From a bacterium (lineage in GTDB: Bacteria > Babelota > Babeliae > Babelales > JABCYS01), in NCBI GenBank assembly GCA_027452085.1, contig DAIDHG010000024.1:1-13678 (forward strand): a stretch of DNA of 13,678 nt, in the 5' to 3' direction. Under the pieces are notes generated by a model. The model was given only the letters and a program-made list of their open reading frames with translations. It was not told the DNA's origin and made no database searches. Of the stretch, positions 6,489 to 13,678 are shown in pieces (position 1 is the first letter of the stretch; the number at the start of each line of letters is the position of its first letter). The position numbers and the translations under genes are program-made.

Positions 6489-7940
6489 ATGAACGAAATC
6501 CAAGAAGTTCGTCGCGAAGATCTGATAAAAATTAACGAAACCTTATTCGAGATTCCCCGATCATTTCGTTCAGATATGCGAGTTCCTGCTCGACTTTTTG
6601 CCAATGAGCATATGCTCGAAGATATTTTGCACGATAAGTCGTTATGGCAGTTAGTAAACGTAGCCACGTTGCCTGGTATCCAAAAAGCTGCTTATGCAAT
6701 GACTGACGTTCATCAAGGGTATGGTTTTCCCATCGGCGGTGTTGCCGCCACCGCAATTGATGAAGGTGGCGTCATATGTCCTGGGGGGATAGGTTTTGAT
6801 CTGAATTGCGGCATCAGATTGCTGACGCTCGATATTTCATCCAAAGAAATTAAACCGTATCTAGAAAAGATTGCTGATGCTTTATTTGCAGCCATACCAT
6901 CCGGCGTCGGGCGTGGTGGCAAGTTGAAATTAGATGGTCATGAATTAGATCTTGTGCTCAAGCATGGGTCTCAGCGAATGATTGAACTTGGCTATGGCAA
7001 TGAACACGATGCAGAATTTGCCGAAGAGGGTGGGTGCATGGCAGATGCAAATCCAGCAATGATTTCGGATCTGGCAAAAAAACGCGGATCGGATCAATTA
7101 GGAACCCTGGGCAGTGGTAATCATTTTGCTGAACTACAATATGTTGAAGAAATATTTGATGCAGCAACAGCCGAAATCTTTGGGCTCAAACAAGGTCAAA
7201 TAACCTTCATGATCCATTGCGGTAGCCGTGGCCTTGGGCATCAAACATGCACCGACTATGTCCAGCGATTTATGCCACTCCAAGAGCAATGGGGCATTCA
7301 CCTGCCAGATCGCGAGTTGGTGTGTGCGCCGTTTACCACCCAAGAAGCGAAAAATTATTTTGCTGCTATGTGCGCAGCTGCCAATTTTGCTTGGGCAAAT
7401 CGCCATCTTATTGGCCACGAATCTCGCAAAGCACTGCAAGCAATACTTGGTCACAATGTTTTAATAAACACCCTGTACGATGTGTCTCACAATATGGGCA
7501 AAATTGAGCAATATGAGCAACGTTCTCTGATGGTGCATAGAAAAGGAGCCACCAGATCTTTCGGGCCAGGCAGTCCATGGATTCCACAAAAATACCAGGT
7601 AACGGGGCAACCGGTTCTTATCCCGGGCACGATGGGAACCGCTTCCTACGTTCTTGCAGGTACCAACGAGAGTATGTCATTGAGTTTTGGTTCGTGTTGT
7701 CATGGAGCGGGCAGAAAAATGTCTCGCCACCAAGCAAAACGAGCGGTTCGCGGCTCAACGTTGCGACAACATCTCGAGCAGATGGGAATTTTGATACGCT
7801 GTGACTCTGATGCAGGCTTGGCAGAAGAAGCCCCCATTGCGTACAAAGATATTGAAGAAGTTGTCGATGTGGTGCATGCAGCTCGATTGGCTCAGAAAGT
7901 AGCACGATTAAAGCCACTGGTAGTTATTAAAGGAGGCTAA
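6489..7940 (+). CDS. rtcB: RNA-splicing/repair ligase RtcB (archease-associated, archaeal/eukaryal-like type), intein-free
   Basis: AMTDVHQGYGFPIGGV, GGIGFDLNCG, QLGTLGSGNH, IHCGSRG, YDVSHN, HRKGAT, PGTMG, CHGAGR and EEAPIAYKD. Start placed at ATG 6489 after AAGGA rather than the track's TTG at 6432, which overlaps archease. Confidence 0.97.
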   Translation: MNEIQEVRREDLIKINETLFEIPRSFRSDMRVPARLFANEHMLEDILHDKSLWQLVNVATLPGIQKAAYAMTDVHQGYGFPIGGVAATAIDEGGVICPGGIGFDLNCGIRLLTLDISSKEIKPYLEKIADALFAAIPSGVGRGGKLKLDGHELDLVLKHGSQRMIELGYGNEHDAEFAEEGGCMADANPAMISDLAKKRGSDQLGTLGSGNHFAELQYVEEIFDAATAEIFGLKQGQITFMIHCGSRGLGHQTCTDYVQRFMPLQEQWGIHLPDRELVCAPFTTQEAKNYFAAMCAAANFAWANRHLIGHESRKALQAILGHNVLINTLYDVSHNMGKIEQYEQRSLMVHRKGATRSFGPGSPWIPQKYQVTGQPVLIPGTMGTASYVLAGTNESMSLSFGSCCHGAGRKMSRHQAKRAVRGSTLRQHLEQMGILIRCDSDAGLAEEAPIAYKDIEEVVDVVHAARLAQKVARLKPLVVIKGG

Positions 7941-7942
7941 GG

Positions 7943-9319
7943 ATGATGGAAAAAACAACCGTTGTTTTGCTGGGGGCTACCGGCGATCTTGCGCGAAAAA
8001 AACTGTTCCCAGCATTAATTAAATTGGCAAAAATAACTCACGTTACCATCATTGGTGCCGCCAAAGAAAATTTCAGTGCGGAGCAATTCAGAGAACATAT
8101 TCGGCCACCAGATGTTGATGCACAACAATGGCAATCATTCTCAAATCAGTTGTATTATCAACCCTTTGATGCGCAAGAGGAATCAAGCTACCAGGAATTG
8201 GCATCCTTTGTTAATCGGTTTCCGTCTGAGCACCGCATTGTCTATTGTGCTATGCCTTCACAATATTTTTGCACCATTACAGAATTTGTGGGTCGTTCCG
8301 GTCTTGTGCAAAAACAAAAGAAACACCAGGTGATCGTGTATGAAAAACCATTTGGTGAAGATTTAAAATCTGCCCAAGCATTAAATGCCTGTATCGTCCG
8401 ATGGTTTTCAGAGGATCAAATTTTTCGCATCGACCATTACTTAACCAAAGAAATGGTCGAAAATATTACGTTGGTGCGCTTTGCTAATACGGTCTTTGAA
8501 CCAATTTGGAACTCCAAATACATTGAATCTATCCATGTAATATTGCACGAAAAAGTAGGTCTTGAAGGTCGTGGTGCCTACTATGATAGATATGGAGTGA
8601 TCAAAGATGTGGTGCAAAATCATATGCTCCAACTGCTGGCATTGGTGGCTATGGAAGAACCTGCTCATTTATCGGGCGATGCAGTGCGGGATGCAAAAGT
8701 GCGTCTGCTAAAAAAAGTATCGGTTGTAGATGGTGTCCTTGGCCAGTATCAAGGATATCGCGCCGAACCTCAGGTAGATAAACATTCAAATACGGCCACG
8801 TTTGCACTCTTAGAATTGGCAATTAATAACGACAGATGGCGCGGAACGCGTATCTATTTTTCTACAGGAAAAGAGTTGGATCACAAAACTACCGGTATTC
8901 GTATTACCTTCCGAACAGTTACCTGCGCATTGGAACGCGTTCGTGACTGCTTGCCAAATGTTCTCACGATTAACATTTATCCCACAGGTGGCTATTCCCT
9001 TGCCTTAAATGTAAAAATACCTCGAGCTGTCAGCGATTTGGATTTTGAAGAATCGGCACACATCAAACAAATTGCTATGGACTACCAACAGTTTGTTCAG
9101 GTCAAACCGCAACCCGAGTACGTAACAATCTTTGAAGAAATTTTATCGCATCAAATTTCAGTTGGTGTTCGCTTTGATGAAGTGGAAGAACAATGGCGTA
9201 TTGCTGATGAAATTATTGCAAAACAATTTCCATTGTTTGCATATGAAAAAAATACAAAAGGTCCATCTCAAGCCGCATTGTTTGCTCAAGAAAAAGGAAT
9301 TTCATGGTCACAACTATAG
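7943..9319 (+). CDS. zwf: Glucose-6-phosphate 1-dehydrogenase
   Basis: GATGDLARKKLFPAL, EKPFGED, FRIDHYLTKE, YYDRYGVIKDVVQNH; AGGAGG RBS lies in the last codons of rtcB. Confidence 0.95.
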   Translation: MMEKTTVVLLGATGDLARKKLFPALIKLAKITHVTIIGAAKENFSAEQFREHIRPPDVDAQQWQSFSNQLYYQPFDAQEESSYQELASFVNRFPSEHRIVYCAMPSQYFCTITEFVGRSGLVQKQKKHQVIVYEKPFGEDLKSAQALNACIVRWFSEDQIFRIDHYLTKEMVENITLVRFANTVFEPIWNSKYIESIHVILHEKVGLEGRGAYYDRYGVIKDVVQNHMLQLLALVAMEEPAHLSGDAVRDAKVRLLKKVSVVDGVLGQYQGYRAEPQVDKHSNTATFALLELAINNDRWRGTRIYFSTGKELDHKTTGIRITFRTVTCALERVRDCLPNVLTINIYPTGGYSLALNVKIPRAVSDLDFEESAHIKQIAMDYQQFVQVKPQPEYVTIFEEILSHQISVGVRFDEVEEQWRIADEIIAKQFPLFAYEKNTKGPSQAALFAQEKGISWSQL

Positions 9320-10227
9320 GCCTCATTGGTGCCGGTCGTATGGGTATGCAAATTGCCCAGCGTTGGCGAGAAAAAGATTTTACCGTTGTTGCATACGATC
9401 CGAGTAAAGAAGCACAAAACCATTTAAAAGTGCTCAACTGTGTCGTAATGCCAAACGTTGTTGAACTCGTTGATGCCGTTCCAGTTGTATGGCTTATGGT
9501 TGCGCAGGATATAGTTGATGGGGTGCTCAAAGAGATGATGCCCTTTTTGCGTCAGGGCATGATTATCATCGACGGTGGTAACAGCAACTTTAATGACTCA
9601 ATGCGCCGAGCAGAGCAGTTAAATAAACTCGGCGTTTCGTTTCTCGATTGCGGTGTTTCTGGCGGCATTATTGCGCCTCAAGGCTTTTCGTTAATGATAG
9701 GCGGCGATAAAAATGCATATGAAACATCAAAACACTTTTTTGATGCAATAGCAGCGCCGCTTCAAAAAGATGAGCATGGATGCTCGCATAGCGCGAGCGC
9801 TTACGTTGGCCCATCTGGGGCCGGCCACTATACCAAAATGGTGCACAACGGAATTGAATATGCTTTGATGGAAGCATATGGCGAAGGATTCCAAATATTG
9901 CGGGAAGGGCGTTTTAAGAATCTCGATTTACAAGAAATAAGTCGTATTTGGCAGGCTGCGGTTATTAGATCAGAACTGCTCAATCTTGCCCATGAGATAT
10001 TTGCTGTAGACCAAACGTTGGCTAACGTGAGTGGCAAAGTAGATCAAACCGGTATGGGGCAATGGACGATCGAAGAGGCAAAGAAACAGCATATTCCAGT
10101 TAAACTGATTGAGGATGCGGTGCATATCAGAAATCTTTCGCAGGCTACCGGCGGGAATTTTGCAACTAAATTAGTTGCCATGTTGCGACATACATTTGGT
10201 GGTCATGCGGTAAAAAAAATTAATTAA
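9304..10227 (+). CDS. gnd: Short-chain decarboxylating 6-phosphogluconate dehydrogenase (YqeC/Gnd-related type)
   Basis: GLIGAGRMG, IDGGNS, DCGVSGG, GAGHYTKMVHNGIEY, TGMGQWT, LRHTFGGH; 307 aa; overlaps the end of zwf. Confidence 0.93.
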   Translation: MVTTIGLIGAGRMGMQIAQRWREKDFTVVAYDPSKEAQNHLKVLNCVVMPNVVELVDAVPVVWLMVAQDIVDGVLKEMMPFLRQGMIIIDGGNSNFNDSMRRAEQLNKLGVSFLDCGVSGGIIAPQGFSLMIGGDKNAYETSKHFFDAIAAPLQKDEHGCSHSASAYVGPSGAGHYTKMVHNGIEYALMEAYGEGFQILREGRFKNLDLQEISRIWQAAVIRSELLNLAHEIFAVDQTLANVSGKVDQTGMGQWTIEEAKKQHIPVKLIEDAVHIRNLSQATGGNFATKLVAMLRHTFGGHAVKKIN

Positions 10228-10952
10228 TGCCCGGCATGGGAAAATGGCGTTAATAATTTTTTTATAAAATGGCTTTTGGGGTGTTTGACCAGCTCATCAT
10301 AGCTTCCACGTTGTTGTATTTCGCCATGAACCATTACGGCAACTTGAGCGCCAAAAAATTGAGCATCTTCATATTGATGCGTGACCAATATAATGGGGAT
10401 ATCGAGCGTATCAAACAATTTTTTCATATCTCGAGCTACATCGAATTTGGTTACTTGATCAATATTGGATAAAGGCTCGTCAAGTAAAAAAAGATCAGGT
10501 TTTACCGCTAACGCCCGTGCTAAGGCAATCCGTTGCTGCTGTCCTCCTGAAAGCTCTAACACAGATTTTTTGCCATACCCTTCGAGTTCGATGAGGTTCA
10601 GCATTTCGGCGACACTTTTCCTTTGCGTTTTTTCATCGACATTAGCTATGCGCAATCCGTAGCTAATATTTTCTTCTACGGTTAAATGCGGAAAAAGCCC
10701 ATAATTTTGTGCTACGTAACCAATTCTTCGTTGCTCAATGGGAAGATGGGTAATGTCATGACCATGCAGGAAAATAGACCCATGAGAAGGTTTTACGATT
10801 CCTAGTATGGTTTTGAGTAGCGTTGATTTTCCTGCGCCTGATAAACCCATAAGCACCAAAACTTCTTTTGGTGATATGGCCAGGTTAAAATTTTTAAGTA
10901 CGTTCAACCGCTCATAGCCAGCAGTTATATTTTTTAAAATAAGCCCTTCCAT
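10224..10952 (-). CDS. ABC transporter ATP-binding subunit (ModC/WtpC/CysA-like; no C-terminal TOBE domain)
   Basis: Walker A GLSGAGKS, Q-loop GYVAQNYGLFPHL, LSGGQQQR signature, Walker B LLDEP, VTH switch. Confidence 0.92.
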   Translation of the reverse strand: MEGLILKNITAGYERLNVLKNFNLAISPKEVLVLMGLSGAGKSTLLKTILGIVKPSHGSIFLHGHDITHLPIEQRRIGYVAQNYGLFPHLTVEENISYGLRIANVDEKTQRKSVAEMLNLIELEGYGKKSVLELSGGQQQRIALARALAVKPDLFLLDEPLSNIDQVTKFDVARDMKKLFDTLDIPIILVTHQYEDAQFFGAQVAVMVHGEIQQRGSYDELVKHPKSHFIKKLLTPFSHAGH

Positions 10953-11731
10953 GCCTTTGTTCCTTTGGTAAAACGTTTAAAGAGTAATAGTGCCAAAAGT
11001 GAGGCGGTAGTTACCAAAATGGTGGCCGCGAGCGCCGGAGCGGTTTGTTTGGAATGCGTGGCTATATAAATGGAAATATCTTCGGTTTTATAAGGGATAG
11101 CACCCGCAAAAATGAGACCACCGCCTAATTCTCCCATTGCTCGTGCCCAACACAACGAGGTTGCTGAAAGAATGTCTTTGGCAGCTAGTGGCAAAAAGAT
11201 AGTAAAGAATAATTGAATTTCATTAGCTCCTAATGTGCGCGCGATGATATCAAGACCAGTTTCTTGAATATCTCGAAACTTACGCACGGCAAAAGCGATG
11301 ATGAAAGGAGCCGAAACAAATAATTTTGTGAGCACGAGTGCTGCATACGTATAGGCGATGTTGAGATGAAAAGGAGATTGAGGCCCGAGCATCAGTAATA
11401 GAATAATACCCTCTGCGACGGGAGGAAATGTTTGTGGCACATCAATAATTAAAGTTTCTAAAAATGATTTTCCCTTGAAGCTTCGTGTTGCAAATATATA
11501 AGCAAGCGGTATGCCAAAAATCACTGAAATAACTACGGTAACGCATGATGAAGAGATACTCAGCCATCCAGCAGTTAATATTTCAGGATTCAAGAATGAC
11601 GAAAAAACATCAGCTCCTTGGCCAAGCAGGGCTATATACTGAAAAAGAAAGATAAAGAAGAACCAGCCCAGTAGGCTAAAGCCAAGTGCATACAAAAGAA
11701 TTATTAAGAGTGCTTGTGTAATGATTTTCAT
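10934..11731 (-). CDS. ABC transporter permease, ModB/WtpB/CysT (oxyanion) family
   Basis: GIPLAY...FKGKSFLETLIIDVPQTFPPVAEGIILL, EAA-like loop DIIARTLGA...FFTIFLPLA, WARAMGELG. Confidence 0.85.
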   Translation of the reverse strand: MKIITQALLIILLYALGFSLLGWFFFIFLFQYIALLGQGADVFSSFLNPEILTAGWLSISSSCVTVVISVIFGIPLAYIFATRSFKGKSFLETLIIDVPQTFPPVAEGIILLLMLGPQSPFHLNIAYTYAALVLTKLFVSAPFIIAFAVRKFRDIQETGLDIIARTLGANEIQLFFTIFLPLAAKDILSATSLCWARAMGELGGGLIFAGAIPYKTEDISIYIATHSKQTAPALAATILVTTASLLALLLFKRFTKGTKAWKGLF

Positions 11732-11732
11732 T

Positions 11733-12830
11733 TTACTGTTTCCTCCTGTTTAAATTCTTTTGAGGTAATCCACCGGTGAAGAGCAATAAAAAATGTGCAC
11801 CGCCATATAACGAAACGTTATAATCCGTTACCACAATGACCGGGATCTCTTCCAATAATGATTGTGGTTTGAGGCAATTGAGAAACTCTTTTCCAAATCC
11901 AGGCAAACGAAACAGATCAAGGTTGTTGGCTGCAATGCCCCCGGCAATATAGAGGCCGCCCAAGGCTAACGCATCAAGCGCAAAATTTTTGGCAGCACGT
12001 GCATAATAGGTAGAAAATAGTTCGTATGCATCTCGGCAACGTTTATCATATTGCCATGACGCAAAAATAATATCTGGGCCACCGTCGGCCTCAATTTTTT
12101 TTGTATAAGTAGTCGGCGGGTATTGCTTCGTTTCTCCTAAGAATCTATATAAATGCATAATGCCAGCACCAGAAAGGATATCTTCCCACGAAATTGCGGC
12201 AGTGGCATCGTTGAGCTGCCGGCGAATAAAATCTACAAAGGCTAGATCAAATTCATTTTGCACCGCAAAATCGCCATGTCCGCCTTCAGAGGCCAACACT
12301 AAACGACCATGCCGGTATGAACTATGAGCCATAATACATTTTCCAAAACCAGTGCCGGCGCCAATCGCTGCTTTGTTGGCATTAGCTCGTGGTAGACCTG
12401 GAATAACAACAACCAAACTTTCAGCAGGTAGATAATCAATGCCAAAGCCCACGGCTTGAAAATCGTTAATAAGCACCATGGTTTGAATGCCAGTTTTTGT
12501 GCGCAGTTCCATAAGATCAATAAGAAAATCTAAGTTTGTAGGCTTGGCGCGTTCATGATGCACATCAACAACACCTGCAGCGCCAAAGCATGCGCGTGTA
12601 ATGGTGATTCTGTGCTCAGTTTGTATGCGCTTAATAAGATCGGCGACGATGAGTGAAAAATCAGTAATTTCTCGACTGTGAATATGAAATGATGCTAACA
12701 AAATTAGTGGGTATTGGTTATTGGCAAAAATGCCAAAATTTGCATTGGTGCCGCCAATATCGCCCACAAGGTAACATACGGTGCCAGGTTTGAAAGGCTG
12801 ATACAATACCTGCCGAACTTTCAGCTTCAT
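11733..12830 (-). CDS. glk: Glucokinase (E. coli Glk family)
   Basis: GDIGGTNA, INDF, GAGTGFG, SEGGH, EDILSGAG, GGLYIAGGIA; AAGGA RBS. Confidence 0.93.
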   Translation of the reverse strand: MKLKVRQVLYQPFKPGTVCYLVGDIGGTNANFGIFANNQYPLILLASFHIHSREITDFSLIVADLIKRIQTEHRITITRACFGAAGVVDVHHERAKPTNLDFLIDLMELRTKTGIQTMVLINDFQAVGFGIDYLPAESLVVVIPGLPRANANKAAIGAGTGFGKCIMAHSSYRHGRLVLASEGGHGDFAVQNEFDLAFVDFIRRQLNDATAAISWEDILSGAGIMHLYRFLGETKQYPPTTYTKKIEADGGPDIIFASWQYDKRCRDAYELFSTYYARAAKNFALDALALGGLYIAGGIAANNLDLFRLPGFGKEFLNCLKPQSLLEEIPVIVVTDYNVSLYGGAHFLLLFTGGLPQKNLNRRKQ

Positions 12831-12965
12831 TAATTTCCTTTATATGGGATGACCTACAGACATTCTTACAATTCCAGCAGGCTAATGCAAGGAATATGAA
12901 AGCAACTGTTGCGAAAATGGTAAAAAACAAGGCATGCTGGGGAGAGCTTGAAAAAAGGGAAAGCA

Positions 12966-13678
12966 ATGAATGTTTTTATATACTTTTTGCTGGCGATGCT
13001 GGTGCTTGTTGCAAATATAGTTGCAACCATTACCGGTTTTGGGATGGCAACCATCTTGTTGCCCGTATTGTCATTGTTTATTCAGCCGCAAGAAGCTCTG
13101 TATTTTTCTGCGGTGATGCATTTTGCAAATGATCCATACCAAGCATTTCTATTCCGTCATGCGCAGATGAATTGGAAATTATTTTTTACCTTTGGAATCC
13201 CCAGTGTTTTGGCCACCATTATGGGCGCTTACGGAGCCATAACGATCGCCGCCGAATATTACAATCGCATCCTTGGTTTTTTTATCATTGTCTACGCCGT
13301 ATTTGTTTTTCTGCGGCCAACCTGGCAGGTGCGTGCAACCACAACCAATGCAATGCTTGGTGGTTCAATATCTGGATTTACTGGCGGATTATTAGGATTG
13401 AGCGGAGTTATCAGGTCTGCCTACATGATTGTTTTTTTTACCAGCAAGGAGGCGTATCTGTTAGCGGATGGTCTTATTGCTGGCGTCACGGATTTTGCCA
13501 GACTTGCCGTATATACCGCAAAAATGCCATTGCCTCGAGAATTGGTATTGACCATAGCTATCTCATTGCCGTTCGTTTTCATCGGAACCTATATTGGCAA
13601 ACAGTTGGTTTCACATCTGAATGAGAAACAGTTTAAGCGCATTATCGCTGTTGGGTTGGTTGCCATTGGCATTAAAAT
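12966..13678 (+). CDS. TauE/SafE (TSUP) family sulfite/anion transporter; runs off the right edge
   Basis: Translated by hand from ATG 12966 (AAGGGA upstream): MNVFIYFLLAMLVLVANIVATITGFGMATILLPVLSLF...FGIPSVLATIMGAY...GGSISGFTGGLLGLSGVIRS...IGTYIGKQL...LNEKQFKRII. Two Gly-rich repeats typical of TSUP. Absent from the ORF track because it has no stop in the window. Confidence 0.88.
   Translation, partial: MNVFIYFLLAMLVLVANIVATITGFGMATILLPVLSLFIQPQEALYFSAVMHFANDPYQAFLFRHAQMNWKLFFTFGIPSVLATIMGAYGAITIAAEYYNRILGFFIIVYAVFVFLRPTWQVRATTTNAMLGGSISGFTGGLLGLSGVIRSAYMIVFFTSKEAYLLADGLIAGVTDFARLAVYTAKMPLPRELVLTIAISLPFVFIGTYIGKQLVSHLNEKQFKRIIAVGLVAIGIK

Noticed and set aside
4534..12520. Numerous 60-125 aa ORFs nested in or antisense to PP2C, rtcB, zwf, gnd, the ABC genes and glk
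   Set aside because: They have no recognisable motifs and largely overlap well-supported genes.
12866..13624. Short track ORFs 12866-13054, 12896-13132 and 13172-13624
   Set aside because: They are off-frame or antisense shadows of the TauE/SafE gene starting at 12966.
1..13678. CRISPR array, transposase, integrase or rRNA
   Set aside because: No regularly spaced repeats or recognisable motifs were seen by eye; the intergenic gaps are all short.

Overview
Gene-dense, AT-rich bacterial window. Signal-peptide-bearing proteins with eukaryote-like or unusual domains suggest a host-dependent intracellular bacterium such as Dependentiae/Babeliae, but this is inference only. Left to right: (1) the 5' part of an OPT/YSL-like membrane transporter, missed by the ORF track; (2) a 448-aa free-standing protein resembling a complete but catalytically degenerate RtcB-type LAGLIDADG intein fused behind a Sec signal peptide; (3) tRNA-Ser(UGA), tRNA-Arg(ACG) and tRNA-Ser(GCU) on the minus strand; (4) a HIT/DUF167/PilC operon and tRNA-Leu(CAA); (5) a secreted eukaryote-type PP2C phosphatase; (6) a tightly coupled DUF3175-archease-rtcB-zwf-gnd operon; (7) a convergent glk/ModB-like/ModC-like operon with no substrate-binding gene; (8) the 5' part of a TauE/SafE transporter, also missed by the track. 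The highlight is the extein-free, apparently exported intein derivative about 5 kb from an intein-less rtcB whose canonical insertion site (DLN|C) is empty. All family calls come from motif recognition and remembered alignments, not from database searches.
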